This document shows positions 10,405 to 23,200 of a stretch of 64,000 nucleotides of DNA, in pieces. The stretch's first letter is position 1. Each line of letters starts with the position of its first letter. The stretch is from NCBI GenBank assembly GCA_051599415.1, contig AP039693.1:62001-126000 (forward strand), in the 5' to 3' direction. The translations under genes were made by a program, and so were the position numbers. The DNA is from Savitreella phatthalungensis. Taxonomy: Eukaryota. The notes under the pieces are model-generated. The model was given only the letters and a program-made list of their open reading frames with translations. It was not told the origin of the DNA and did not search any database.

Positions 10405-11448
10405 ATGACGGGCATCGGCGCAGAACAAAACAACCAGAGTAAGGAGTTTGGCGTTCAGACAGACTACCTCACCTTGACAAAGCATTTTCTCACAGAGCAG
10501 CAGCACCATCAGGATGCCACTGGGGACTTCACCATTCTCATGAACGCTATCCAATTCACTTGCAAGGTCATCGCGCACAACATTCGCCGTGCTAACTTGC
10601 TTTCACTCGGTGGGCTAGCCGGAGCGGTCAACTCGACTGGTGACGACCAGAAGAAGCTGGACATCATCTCCAATGACATCTTCCTCGACGCCATGAAGGC
10701 ATGTGGCCGTGTGGCAGTCATCATCTCCGAGGAGGAAGAGGATGCCATAATTGTGGAGGGCGCAAAGGGCGCACGCTACTGCGTCGCCTGCGATCCAATC
10801 GATGGCAGCTCAAACTTGGACGCTGGTGTCTCGGTTGGAACTATTTTTGGCATCTACAAGGTTCAGGACGGCAGCACGGGCAGTATCAAGGATGTCCTAC
10901 GCTCTGGTACCGAGATGATCGTCGCTGGCTACTGCATGTATGCTGCTTCGGCCAATCTGATCATCACCACTGGCAACGGCCTCAATGGCTTCACGCTCGA
11001 CAATGCTTTGGGTGAATTCATTCTCACACATCCGAACATGCAGATCCCAAAATCGCGGGCGATCTACTCTGTCAATGAGGGCAATACAATTTATTGGGAC
11101 GAGCCTTGCCGTAAATACTTCGAGTCGCTCAAGACACCCCAGGAAGGTAGCAAGCCGTACAGCGCTCGTTACATTGGCTCAATGGTCGCAGACGTGCACC
11201 GCACTCTGCTCTACGGCGGTATCTTTGCGTACCCGGCGGACTCAAAGTCAAAGAAGGGCAAACTTCGTGTGCTTTACGAATGCTTCCCGATGGCGATGAT
11301 CGTCGAGCAGGCCGGCGGACTTGCCACCGACGGTCGTCGACGCATTCTCGATATAACACCAACAGAGATCCACGAGCGATCCGGCATCTTCCTCGGCAGT
11401 GAGAACGAAGTCAAGAAGCTGCTGTCCTTCTACGAAAAGTACGGCTGA
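10405..11448 (+). CDS. fbp1: Fructose-1,6-bisphosphatase
   Basis: GDDQKKLD, SEEEE, DPIDGSSN, RYIGSMVADVHRTLLYGG and GKLRVLYECFPMA motifs. Confidence 0.97.
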   Translation: MTGIGAEQNNQSKEFGVQTDYLTLTKHFLTEQQHHQDATGDFTILMNAIQFTCKVIAHNIRRANLLSLGGLAGAVNSTGDDQKKLDIISNDIFLDAMKACGRVAVIISEEEEDAIIVEGAKGARYCVACDPIDGSSNLDAGVSVGTIFGIYKVQDGSTGSIKDVLRSGTEMIVAGYCMYAASANLIITTGNGLNGFTLDNALGEFILTHPNMQIPKSRAIYSVNEGNTIYWDEPCRKYFESLKTPQEGSKPYSARYIGSMVADVHRTLLYGGIFAYPADSKSKKGKLRVLYECFPMAMIVEQAGGLATDGRRRILDITPTEIHERSGIFLGSENEVKKLLSFYEKYG

Positions 11449-12558
11449 TCACTAGGCTGAAATGTGTGTTCTACCGATGATTCTATAATGCATTTACTGC
11501 AATCAACCTCTGAAACCATATCATGAGAAGCTTCTGATCTTTCCTGCAGTGATTTCGTTGTGAATTGAGCAATAAACCGACTCAGCGCACGGTATGCGTA
11601 TGGGTTTGTAGGTAACGCAAAAAGGGCAGGGCTGTTGATGCAGTGAGTGGCAGGGACGCCAACGTACCTCAGGCATTTGATTCAAATAGCGCCTGGACTG
11701 CCGAATTTCAAGGCTCGCATCTTGGACTCACACAAGACGAGCGCCTGGAAGAAAGGCCTCCGTGGTTCACGTGATGGAACGTACGCACGTACTCATGGAC
11801 TGCACTAGATGTTGCTATAGATCCAGATCATAGGCCATTATAAGGGAGAGGATTTAGGCTATCAGCAAGAGTCTGCACTGCCTTAAGAATTCTGATTGAT
11901 CCAGATCCTACTGGCCGGAGCATCAATGATGCTTGTGCGTAGTCTTTGAAATGCACTGGGACCAAATTTCGGTTCATTCATTCAAATAAGCGCAATCGAT
12001 TTAATCATTGATGCCAGGCCGATTGGATTTGCAAGCGACGCATTCCGTGTCTCTCTACCTGAATGCGTCTAAATCCACGAAATCAACTGTAGGCCAGAGG
12101 TGATACGAAAGCGTGGAGCAGTTAGTCCGCATGCCAAGTGCTTCTAATCGTGCCCAGCATCATATTTAATTATGCAAAATGACATTACACTGCGTACAGT
12201 ATATACTGTACGGATGTACAACACGTACTGATGCAATAACAGGAAACATTGGCACAGTGCGCATAACAAACAGAACCTCTGAACACTTCACAGGTCTCCC
12301 ACACATACACGCATCAGATCGCCGTGTCCAGGCCAAGCTAGCCTTTAGATTCGCGGCTGTGTGTGTCAGCATTACACTGAAGGCTCGCACGTCAACTCAG
12401 CGACGATCCAAATTCAAGGTGCTCGAAAAGAAACGCTATTGATCACAACATCCTTCCAGCCCTCAGCGGTAGATCGGTAGCAAACACGAGCTCGACTGCA
12501 CAAACTGCAAACTGTAACCAGTGAGAGGGCTGTGGAGCGTGCCTTCTCAGCTCGAGCA

Positions 12559-15111
12559 ATGTCAAACGCCGAAGGATCGGGAACTCGCCTGTCAGCTGGG
12601 GATTATTCTCGTGCGGGCGACAATACCACCGATCTTCAGCTAGCAAATTTCTCGCTCATGCCGACGACTCAGACTAGGACTGTGACGACTACAACCGTAG
12701 TCAGTACATCCTTTCCGCCTATGCTCTTTAAGAAGCCTCGGAGGCGTACTTCCGACCTCGATCCCAGCCTCTATCCCCTGCAGAATGCCCGAACGCCGTC
12801 GGCCTTGAGGGACTTCAGCTTCGAGCTCGATGGCAGGCAAGCCAGATTCCGCGAGGATGAATCTAGTGAGCATGGGCTTTTTGAATTGAACGAGACCATT
12901 GAGAGTCTCCGAGATCATCACGGCAGAGTTCAGAGTGTCAAGATTGAGCACACGAATGTGCCAGATTCGTCATCGCCAACAACAGAATCTCGCAAAAGAG
13001 CCGGTGCAAGCCTCGACACAGGCTCGACCAACAAGCGCAGGAACGTGAGCGAACCTCATCCCACTAATGCGGTCTCGAGGTCGGCTGTCACTGACGTTCC
13101 GGGTGAGCATGATGGGCAGACGAGATTATCCACCATCGCTGCAACAAATGCTGGGCCTGGAAACACCACAGCAGCTCAGACGACCACTCGCGGCACGGAT
13201 CCAATTGTAGCGGATGTCACAAGCCCACAATCGCTGTCTCTGCCATCCCCATCGGCCTCACCACGTATCGGAGCTTCACGCACCATTGTGCAGGACTCCG
13301 GCTTGACAGGAATCCTGTCGAACTTTCGTCAAGCCGGTGATATGATGCAGATCCCAGACATGGTCGAAACGTTCGATGGGCTTCCAACAAACGTGCAAAG
13401 CTATGTTGTATATCAATTGCTGCGCCGCTGTAGCAAGCAAACTTTACAGGTCGTGGCGAGCTTGGTCAATCCTGCGCTCAAGCGCGACTTTCTTGACCTG
13501 ATGCCATATGAGCTATCTCTACAGGTGCTCCGCTATCTTGACGTCCAGTCGCTCTGCCGTGCAACTCAGGTCTCTCGAAGGTGGCGCGAGATCGTTGATG
13601 AGGATGAGAGTACGTGGAAAGCCCTGTTTGAGCGAGACGGATTCGTCATGGAGGACAACGAGTTCCAGCAGGCTATCCAGGAAGGTTGGGGTCTCACGCT
13701 GCGAGGACGCCAGCAGCGACTCCGACGGATGAGCACGCTCGATCAAGCGCTTATCAGCTCTCCCTCATCTTTCACATCCGGTCGTCCGACCTTCGCAAAA
13801 GATCACTTCGAGGAGATGGTTAGCGGCGGTCTCAAGCAGCCTCTCGTTGGACAGTATCTCTACAAAGGAATATACAAACACCACCACGTCAACTGGAAGC
13901 GATGGATGCATCCTCGGCAACCTCCCGCGCACCTGTCGTTCGAATCTCACGGACGATACGTTGTTACGTGCTTACACCTCGATGACGACAAGGTTGTAAC
14001 AGCATCAGAGGATTCAAACATCAATATATTCGACGTCAAGACTGGTGCTCTGCGAATGTCCCTCGAGGGACACGACGGTGGCGTGTGGGCGATGCAAATC
14101 GTGGGCGATCTTCTAGTATCCGGCTCAACGGACCGTACCGTCCGCATCTGGGACCTGACCACCGGGCAGTGCATGCAGGTATTCGAAGGACATACTTCAA
14201 CTGTGCGCTGCTTGGTTGTCCTCCCGGCTATCAAGCTGTCGCCGAAGGACGATGACTCACACTTGATCGTGACCGGCTCACGCGACTCCTCGCTACGCGT
14301 CTGGCGCCTTCCAAAGCGAGGTGAACAGCCCTTCCGCGCCGTTTCCGATAATCCGGACTCTCCATCATCTGTCCGTTCTAATGAGGAAGGGGGAGCTGGC
14401 AGAGAAGCGCGCCGTGCTGAGAATCCGTACCTCATTCGCACACTCACAGGACACACGCAATCTGTTCGAGCGATTGCCGCGAACGAAGACATCCTCGTGA
14501 GCGGCTCGTATGACCATTCTGTCCGAGTCTGGAGAATCTCGACCGGCGCGAAACTATGGCGGCTGAGTGGACACAATCAGAAAGTCTACTCTGTGGTATT
14601 GGACAGCAAGCGTAATCGCTGTGTAAGTGGCAGCATGGATTGGAAGGTCAAGGTATGGGATCTTGAACACGGCAGCTGTCTCTGGACGCTGGAAGGCCAC
14701 TCATCTCTTGTCGGCCTGCTTGCGATGTCGCACGATCTCCTCGTATCAGCTGCAGCGGATTCAACCTTGAGGGCGTGGGATCCAGAGACAGGCAAGCAGA
14801 AGCAAGTGCTGTCTGCTCACACGGGAGCCATCACATGCTTCCAGCACGACGGTGACAAGGTCATCAGTGGCAGCGACGGCACACTTAAGCTATGGGACAT
14901 CAAGACGGGTGCGTTTGTTCGCGACCTGATGCGCGATTTGTCAAGTGTGTGGGCTGTCAAGTTCGACAACAGACGCTGCGTCGCCGCTGTGCAGCGTACA
15001 GTCAATAATCAGCTCATTACCTTCATCGAAGTGCTTGACTTCGAGTCGGATGGTACAACCGTCTCTTCACACATCTCTCACGAAGTAGGTAGACAGCCAG
15101 TGTCGGATTGA
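12559..15111 (+). CDS. cdc4: F-box/WD40 SCF substrate receptor, Cdc4/Pop-like
   Basis: F-box KRDFLDLMPYELSLQVLRYLD; about 8 WD40 repeats (GHDGGVWA, GHTSTVRCL, GHTQSVRA, GHSSLVGLL, HTGAITCF). First ATG at 12559. Confidence 0.9.
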   Translation: MSNAEGSGTRLSAGDYSRAGDNTTDLQLANFSLMPTTQTRTVTTTTVVSTSFPPMLFKKPRRRTSDLDPSLYPLQNARTPSALRDFSFELDGRQARFREDESSEHGLFELNETIESLRDHHGRVQSVKIEHTNVPDSSSPTTESRKRAGASLDTGSTNKRRNVSEPHPTNAVSRSAVTDVPGEHDGQTRLSTIAATNAGPGNTTAAQTTTRGTDPIVADVTSPQSLSLPSPSASPRIGASRTIVQDSGLTGILSNFRQAGDMMQIPDMVETFDGLPTNVQSYVVYQLLRRCSKQTLQVVASLVNPALKRDFLDLMPYELSLQVLRYLDVQSLCRATQVSRRWREIVDEDESTWKALFERDGFVMEDNEFQQAIQEGWGLTLRGRQQRLRRMSTLDQALISSPSSFTSGRPTFAKDHFEEMVSGGLKQPLVGQYLYKGIYKHHHVNWKRWMHPRQPPAHLSFESHGRYVVTCLHLDDDKVVTASEDSNINIFDVKTGALRMSLEGHDGGVWAMQIVGDLLVSGSTDRTVRIWDLTTGQCMQVFEGHTSTVRCLVVLPAIKLSPKDDDSHLIVTGSRDSSLRVWRLPKRGEQPFRAVSDNPDSPSSVRSNEEGGAGREARRAENPYLIRTLTGHTQSVRAIAANEDILVSGSYDHSVRVWRISTGAKLWRLSGHNQKVYSVVLDSKRNRCVSGSMDWKVKVWDLEHGSCLWTLEGHSSLVGLLAMSHDLLVSAAADSTLRAWDPETGKQKQVLSAHTGAITCFQHDGDKVISGSDGTLKLWDIKTGAFVRDLMRDLSSVWAVKFDNRRCVAAVQRTVNNQLITFIEVLDFESDGTTVSSHISHEVGRQPVSD

Positions 15112-16539
15112 CCGTGGCTCAGTCCTCGGGGAATACAAAGCGATATCACATTCATCAATCATGCACACCGGCGCTTCAGGATCTTATGCGGTCGTTAGCG
15201 TGCCGTGCTGTATGACTGACGATCCTGTCGACGCCCTCAGACGATGAACAACAGTCCGGTACCAGGATGAACAGATGAAATGACCCTACTTAAGGACTCT
15301 GGTGGGACGGAGCGGGGGCGCGGCGGGCCGAGATACTGTGCTATGAAAAGAGGAGCCAGACTCAACGCGGTGTTATGGCCTGGCCTACGGACGTTCTGAC
15401 TGAGAATAGCGATGTCAAGAAGTTGCCAAGAAGCTAGATTGCTCAGCGCTTTCGAATCCTGTAGACGACCGGTTGCGGGAAGGTCTCCACGGAAGGCAGG
15501 CAGATGAATCGGTAGATGAATCGGTATCTGATAGAGGAGCAAATCTGAAACTCAGAATTCAGGTCCTCACAGGTCCAATTGACTCCCCTAGCTTCTCCTG
15601 TATGAAGATATAGCTCGATTGGTTAGCCAGGAGACGGGAATTTTCGTGTCTTTACTGCGATCCAAGTTGAGAACGGCTGACGACTTCTTGATCCATCTAC
15701 TCCTCCCTCATCGCCTGCCAAGCCGAGCATCAACGGTCAGGCTCAGTGGGATATTCACTTGCCAGAACCAAGTATTTTCAAAGCTAAACAGGAACAATAC
15801 AAGTCAAGAGTCGTGCCGTGGTTGCTAAGTTTATTCCTTGGGTGTAGAGGTTCATCCAGGTGGCGCGGGTCATCGACGCGAATTAGATTAGATGAACGGA
15901 ATGCCCTATCCATTTTCGGCAGAACAAGTGAAATAGACCGTCGTGAGTTATTTGGAATTCATGACCGCGATCACTGGGCCAGGGGAAATCTAAACATAAA
16001 TTGAATTGACTGCTCAATTATCTGGCACGCGCGACCACGAAGATCGATGGACATCAAGTTATCCCAGCATTGATTGACATTGACCCTGTCTATATAGAAC
16101 GACAGAACATAGGCTAAAGGTCAGAATAAATCAATTTATAGAATTGAGCGCAGTGTCAAAATTAGGCGAAACGCGACTCTATACAGTGATCAGACATTGC
16201 AATCGACATCGTATTCTGGTACCTCCTGCTTGCCTGACTCCTCCTTTAACTCCTATCAAACAATCAAGCATCCACACGGTAGCAATCCATCCAAACCATC
16301 CTTGCTCTCTCTACCCACCCACCTGAATCACCAGACAGATTCCTACACCTGTCTCGACAGCGTACAGCAACGGATGCCGGTGTTGTACACCTTGAACTCT
16401 CTCACAGGAACCGCGTAGACTGTATACACGCCCACCCGCCCACACACACGCAGGTATTGCCTACGCGTTGAAGTCAACGCGCGTTAACAGCATCATTTGA
16501 GCTTGAACATAGCTTCAGTCGAAATTCTACCAGCATACA

Positions 16540-17672
16540 ATGAAGGCTTTAATCCTTGTGTACGCATCCTGCCTCGATCATCACGAATTTTCTTACTGAC
16601 ACGCTCTAGCGGTGGCTTCGGCACAAGATTGCGCCCGCTAACGCTCACTCTTCCGAAACCGTTGGTCGAGTTCGGCAATAAGCCCATGATCCTTCATCAG
16701 GTAGAGGCATTGGCAGAGGCAGGGGTCACGGACATTGTCCTTGCCGTTAACTATCGACCCGAGATCATGGTTGCAGCACTCAAGAAGTACGAGGAGCTCT
16801 ACAACGTCAGGATCACCTTTTCTGTCGAGACCGAGCCTCTCGGGACTGCCGGTCCACTGGCTCTTGCCCGTGAAATTCTGGGCAAGGACGACTCCCCGTT
16901 CTTTGTCCTGAACTCGGACGTCATCTGCGATTACCCATTCAAGAAGCTCGTCGATTTCCACAAGAACCACGGTTGCGAGGGAACCATCATCGTCACAAAG
17001 GTCGACGAACCGTCAAAGTATGGTGTTGTCGTTCACAAGCCGAACTCCACCGTCATCGATCGCTTCGTCGAAAAGCCCGTCGAATTCGTGGGCAACCGTA
17101 TCAATGCAGGTATCTACATCTTCAACCCTGCTATCCTCAACCGCATCGAGCTTCGTCCCACCTCCATCGAGAAGGAGACTTTCCCGGCGATGGTCGCAGA
17201 TGCACAGCTTCATACCTTCGACCTCGAGGGCTTCTGGATGGACGTCGGTCAGCCAAAGGACTTCCTTTCAGGTACATGTCTGTATTTGACGTCGCTCGCC
17301 AAGCGTGCGCCTGAACAACTTGCCAAGGGCGACTTTGTCTACGGTGGCAACGTCCTCGTCGACCCGACCGCAACGATCGGCAAAAACTGCCGCATCGGAC
17401 CGAACGTTGTTATTGGTCCAGGCTGTAAGATTGGAGATGGAGTGCGATTGCAGCGTTGTGTCCTGCTGGAGGATTCGCAGGTCAAGGATCATGCTTGGGT
17501 CAAGTCGACAATCGTCGGCTGGCACTCGACCGTTGGCCGCTGGTGCAGATTGGAGCAGACATGTGTCCTCGGTGACGACGTCCAGATCAAGGATGAGGTC
17601 TTCATGTCAGGCTCATTCGTCCTCCCCCATAAATCCATCTCGGCAAATGTTGAAGGCCAAATCGTCATGTAA
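16540..17672 (+). CDS. PSA1: Mannose-1-phosphate guanylyltransferase (GDP-mannose pyrophosphorylase); join(16540..16559,16610..17672)
   Basis: Removing a 50-nt intron 16560..16609 (GTACGC...TACTGAC...TAG) restores [31 protein letters not shown] and [10 protein letters not shown] motifs; C-terminal beta-helix hexapeptide repeats. Confidence 0.96.
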
Positions 17673-18155
17673 GATCGCAGCAACATGAAAATCCCGAAGC
17701 TCTGTATCAAACGGTCTTTAGTGCCTCATGCTTCTCCCCGTCTCTAAAAAGTAGACCCGCTTCTTATAACAATATCAATGCACAGTAGACATGCGCGCTA
17801 TCTAGTGATGTGTTCGTGCTCATTGTAGCTGAACAGGTGCTGTCAGATATCTATATCGAGTCTGAAGAATCAGTAGTGGAGCTTTTCCTCTGTTTGCTTC
17901 CTAATATTAATTAGTTTTTGTCGGCGTACGTAGATTTCAAAATGTTTACGAATAAATGTGTCCGACACGTGCTTCCCCGTTCTCGTGGCGCTCGCTTCGG
18001 AGATGGATTTCAATAGCCAGATGCGTGACCAGCAACTTTGCAACAATCATCGTGACTAGTCAACCGTAATAGCAACATCGTCATCATCACTGCAATTCAT
18101 CCGCCAAGACTGTTGCGCCGGCCTCCTCATCAACTCGAAGGGAAACTTCGTAAGG

Positions 18156-20003
18156 ATGTCTATTAGGGTCATCGACGACAATAGGCTGTCTGTGCACATT
18201 AAAAGAGAGGTTCTTGATGTTGATACGCAGGATATGGTGATTGAACTCAACGACGAGGATGCTGATGAGGAGAATCTTCAAGTCAAAACGATCAGGGGAC
18301 CGATTGTTCAGACGCCGCGAAAAGCTGTCAACCTGCACAGACCATCTCTGCCAGACTTTGCTGAGTCGACGACGAGATATGAAGCGACGAACTTCGATCG
18401 TGAGCAAAATGCACGTGATGATGCAAGACCGAGACACTTACCGTCGGCTTTCGACACAGCCAATTCGTATGTCACTCAACGACCGGCGCTGCTGACGTCG
18501 TCTCTTCTGCCCGATGGGCAAAATTGCAGGCAGGCGGACAACGTCATGACACAGAAATCGACATATGACGCAAGCGATAGCTGCCGCATCCATGAGTCTG
18601 CTCCATCGTACGTTGTGTCAAATACGGCAGCGCAATCCTCCCGTTGGGAAAAGATCCTTCATCACGACGAAATGGAACACAACATCTATTTGCTAAAATT
18701 GCAGCAAGACAATTTGCAAAGTCGGAATGAGTCTTTACAAAGTCAATGTGCAGAGCTTAGCAACCGAGTAATGATGCTCCGTGACGACGAAGCGCGGATT
18801 TCGAATCAACGTTCAGATCTCGAAGGAGATGTCGATCATCTGCGACGTGCAAAATCCGACTTGATCTCTGATATCGGGAAACTCCGAGAGGAAAAGCTGG
18901 ATCTCAACTGTGACGTTGCGCGTGCTCGGTCGGCACTGCGAGACAGCGTTCAAAATTACAAACAGGTCCGCTTAGCTTTGCAAGAAGTTGCAGCGAAGTC
19001 ACCGGGTCCTGAACAGCCGTCTGCCTCTATCATTGACGCCCCGGAAAATGCGAAGATATATCCCTCACCAGCGACAGAGCCAGACTATGTGAAGTCACCG
19101 GCAAGCAAAGCGCATTCCGTTGCTCCTTCGAAGGATGTCGAGCATGCAATCGCTGTTGGCACGAAAGATTTGGCGAATACTCAGTCGTCATATTTGAAAA
19201 GATCAGCTGCTGTGAATGCCAATGCACGCATGAAGCGGCAATCAAAGGAAGCGCATCAGCTACACCTAGCCGACCGCCGAGGCCAGTCCGATCGAGAGCT
19301 TCTCGACGAACTAGAGGAGGAAAAGGCTGCGCCAGACCTTCCGGCCGCGGAACGAAAGTATCGCGGAAAGCTGGACCGCCTAGAGTCGGAGCACTTACCA
19401 GTCCCGCAAGATTGTGCAACGACAGCGGCATGGACCAAGCTGTTCAATACTCTGCAAGTTAACACTCACTTGGATGATCACCATCTATATCGACACGCCA
19501 GTCTGTCTGGTGACAAGGAGGTTATTCAGATGATGAGCCCTCCACATATCATGATTGAACCCGGTCAGGATTATTTCGCACAAGTCGAACGTGTGCTCAA
19601 GGGCCTTCCAGACGTTTTACAATTGGGCTGCGGTCGCGAGGGGTTCGTTGCACGAATCAGCAGCAATTGTTTCAAAAGTATCCTTTTACATCGTTCGGTA
19701 CCCTTCAAAGAGCTGGCCAGCGTTTCGAGACCCGTCGGCCAGTGGATCACTTTGCACCCACGCGTGCCATCGGATGTTCCTGCAACTCTACCTTTCGATT
19801 CTGGCATCGAGAAATGGATCTCGAAAATGAAGGTCGACAAATCTCTCACCCAGGGTGGAGGAACTTGGCAGTTGCGTTTCCGCCTGCGTCATAACGCTGC
19901 TGTGGCGCTGAAAAGCTTCTTCATGGACGGTTACGATCTCGGTCTGACAAAGCGATGGCGCGCTGATTTCGACGAGTTCAATCAACCTTTTGCCACCGCC
20001 TGA
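18156..20003 (+). CDS. Hypothetical protein with central coiled coil
   Basis: 615-aa ORF; heptad-periodic region LQQDNLQSRNESL...LEGDVDHLRRAKSDLISDIGKLREEKLDL; no recognised domain. Confidence 0.7.
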   Translation: MSIRVIDDNRLSVHIKREVLDVDTQDMVIELNDEDADEENLQVKTIRGPIVQTPRKAVNLHRPSLPDFAESTTRYEATNFDREQNARDDARPRHLPSAFDTANSYVTQRPALLTSSLLPDGQNCRQADNVMTQKSTYDASDSCRIHESAPSYVVSNTAAQSSRWEKILHHDEMEHNIYLLKLQQDNLQSRNESLQSQCAELSNRVMMLRDDEARISNQRSDLEGDVDHLRRAKSDLISDIGKLREEKLDLNCDVARARSALRDSVQNYKQVRLALQEVAAKSPGPEQPSASIIDAPENAKIYPSPATEPDYVKSPASKAHSVAPSKDVEHAIAVGTKDLANTQSSYLKRSAAVNANARMKRQSKEAHQLHLADRRGQSDRELLDELEEEKAAPDLPAAERKYRGKLDRLESEHLPVPQDCATTAAWTKLFNTLQVNTHLDDHHLYRHASLSGDKEVIQMMSPPHIMIEPGQDYFAQVERVLKGLPDVLQLGCGREGFVARISSNCFKSILLHRSVPFKELASVSRPVGQWITLHPRVPSDVPATLPFDSGIEKWISKMKVDKSLTQGGGTWQLRFRLRHNAAVALKSFFMDGYDLGLTKRWRADFDEFNQPFATA

Positions 20004-20218
20004 CCACATTCGGTCACATTCAAATTTCGCCCCTTACTTCGCTGCCTACTTTCACTTTTGCCACTCTGATCGATCAAAGCTGTACGTAGTTAACTTTTTT
20101 TTATCATGATCAAGCGTGAGTGAACGTGCCACTTTCATCATTGGACTCTCTAAAGAAGCGGCGAGGAAAGGAGTACTCGTTAATCTGCTTCTAGACCTGG
20201 ACCATTCAAACGAATTCA

Positions 20219-23200
20219 ATGAGCTTTCTTCATGAAGCGTGGCAAGACCCAGAAGAGTTGGAAGCTGTGGAAGATGTATTGATGAAAGGCTACGACGCGG
20301 CGTCACCTTTTCCAAGCGAGTCGAAAATGCTTGTGTCGGTGGAAGAGCTTCCTCCACAATGCCGGGCTGTCTTCGATAGATACATCAGCTTCAATCGTGT
20401 ACAGTCATACGGATTCGAAGACTTCTTCTACAAAGATTGCAACGTCGTCGTAAGCGCCCCCACTGGATCCGGTAAAACAGCGTTGTTCGAGCTTGCCATC
20501 TGCCGTCTCTTCTTGTCAACTCAACAGTATACGTATAAGGCTCTCTATATGGCTCCGACTAAAGCTCTATGTTCTGAGCGCCAAGCCGACTGGGGTGTTC
20601 GCTTCGCCAGACTTGGTCTTACATGCGGAGAACTTACGGGCGACACGGCAATCGAGCACCAGGACGCGGTGAAACGAAGTGACATCATCATCACGACTCC
20701 TGAAAAATGGGATTCGGTCAGTCGTCGCTGGCAAGATTCGTCCTCTCTCGTGCGCATGGTCAGACTTTTCTTGGTGGATGAGGTCCACATGTTGAGAGAT
20801 GAACGTGGTGCCATCCTCGAGGTAGTAGTTTCGCGGATGAAGCAGGCGACGGATTCCTGTCGAATCGCTGCTCTGTCAGCGACTGTGCCCAACATCGAGG
20901 ACGTGGCTGCCTGGCTCGGGTTCTCAAGCCTAAAGCCGTCCGTGCCTGCCCGTATACTCAAGTTTGACGATTCATTCCGTCCTGTGGCACTCCGCAAAGA
21001 GGTCATCGGATACCGAGTCAACAACATGAATTCGTTTCAGTTCTCCAGTCACCTGACCCGCTATGTGACCGATCTGATCGCTAAGTTTTCGTCCGGCAGA
21101 CCAACCATCGTGTTCTGCTCCACACGGAAGGACGCACTGACGACAGCGAATCGACTGATCGAGGATTTTGAGGCGTCGAAGGCCACTCTTTGGCCGCTTC
21201 CCGCGGTGGACTTTACAGTCACAGATAAGGCACTCGCAAAACTTCTGCTCAAGGGAGTTGCGATTCATCATGCGGGACTATCGCATCGCGATCGTGTGAT
21301 AGTCGAAAATGGGTTCCTCGGTGGTCATCTCCAGATCATCTGCTGTACCTCGACCCTTGCTGTCGGCATAAACTTACCTGCTCACCTCGTCATTCTCAAA
21401 GGAACGCGTCAATACATTGGCGGGTCAATGGTCGAATACTCAGATCTCGACATTTTGCAAATGGTCGGTCGCGCGGGCCGTCCACAATTTGATGATTTCG
21501 GCGTAGCAGTCATCATGACTGATGCGCAGCATGTTGACAGATATCGCGCGCTCGTGACGGGCGAAGACCTGCTCGAGTCTCAGCTCCACCTACAGTTGAT
21601 CGAACACCTCAATGCGGAGATCGTGCAAGGTACCATCAAATCGGTGCCACAGGCTATGCGATGGTTGAAAGGCACGTTTCTCTATGTGCGAATGCAAAAA
21701 AATCCTGAGCATTACACGATTGCAGATAAGGTCTTGGGCTCGGACGAAGCTCTCGGAGAAATCTGTAGGTCCGCCCTCGACTCACTCGAGACAACTGGTC
21801 TCATTACAGTCGCAGGCGAGCAAGTCAGTCCGACAAGCCATGGTCGGACAATGGCCAATGGCTATGTGCGCTTCAACACAATGCGACAGCTTTTGTCACT
21901 CCCTCGACAAGCGTCGCTAGAGACAATTGTACGCTGAGCTTTGACAATCTTGTCCGCAAGCATTGATCACTAACCGACAGTATTTCACCACATGTAAAGC
22001 AGATGAATTCGCCGATCTGCGCTTGACCGCCGGAGAGCGTGCGGCATTGAATGAGTTGCGTCGACACAGGGATATTCGTTTCGCCACGAAAGAAAAAGTG
22101 AGTGAACAACTTCCTAGAGAAGGATTTGGCGCTTACAAAAGGTCGAATCAACTTGGCAAAAAGTGATTCTACTTTCACAAGCAGACATCGGCGGCATCGA
22201 TGTCGGCGAATTGAAAGACAAGGTGCGCGATACTTTAGGCTCGCTCCTCGCTCAAAGCCATTATAAGATAGCCAATACGCTCGCACGCATCCTTAGCAGT
22301 ACGATTGACGTGGCAGCGGACAAACAAGACACCATCACCTTATTACATGCATTAGAGCTTCGTACCGCCGTACTCGCGCGTTGCTGGCAAAATACACCAG
22401 GCACGCTTCGACAGGTTCGCGGCATCGGGAAAGTTAGCTTGCAAGCGCTGAAACTTGCTCGAATCGTTTCGATCAAACAGCTCGCAGTCCTTGACTCCTT
22501 TGAGCTTGAACGCATTTTCCGTCGCAATCCGCCTTTCGGAGTGCGCATGCTTGAAGATTTAGCCTCGTTTCCACAATTCACAGTTCAGCTCGAAGCCCGC
22601 TCTCACAAGCGACTTGCCGAGTTCATCATGGTAGGCATCCATCTGTCTTTGACTCCACTTCCCACTTCAGCCAAGGAAATGCGCAACAACGGTCGTGCTG
22701 TCTTCATTACTTTCTCCGAAGAGAACCAGCTTGTTGACTTTGCGCAAGTGCCGTAAGTCGACATCGTTTGACAGACGACTTGCGTCCACGTACTGACAAA
22801 ACAGCTTGATGAGAGTCACGAAGGGGTATCAGCGGGACTATACAATCGGTCTCAAGCATTTCACGGAACGTCTCAAAGTCAGGGTTGTATTCGATCAGTA
22901 TGGTGCGTTGTTCCGCTTTTGAAGTCAGGCTTGAGGCTTACCAGAAAAGTTGGGTTTGACGTCGAGGACAAATGTGATTTAGGTTTGTCTCCGTCACAGT
23001 TTCCAGAGATCGACCGCTACCGAGATATTGGCGTGGATTCTGCAACTACAGATGATCCGGCTGGCTTCGATGAAGTCGCAGGGGACGATGCTGAATGGTC
23101 CGCTCGGTTTGATGAGCTCGAGCGACGAAGCAGCAGTAGCGCAGGCGTCATTTCCTGCCAGAAGTCTGAGGCTCCCGTGGACTTGACTGAAACCTCGAAA

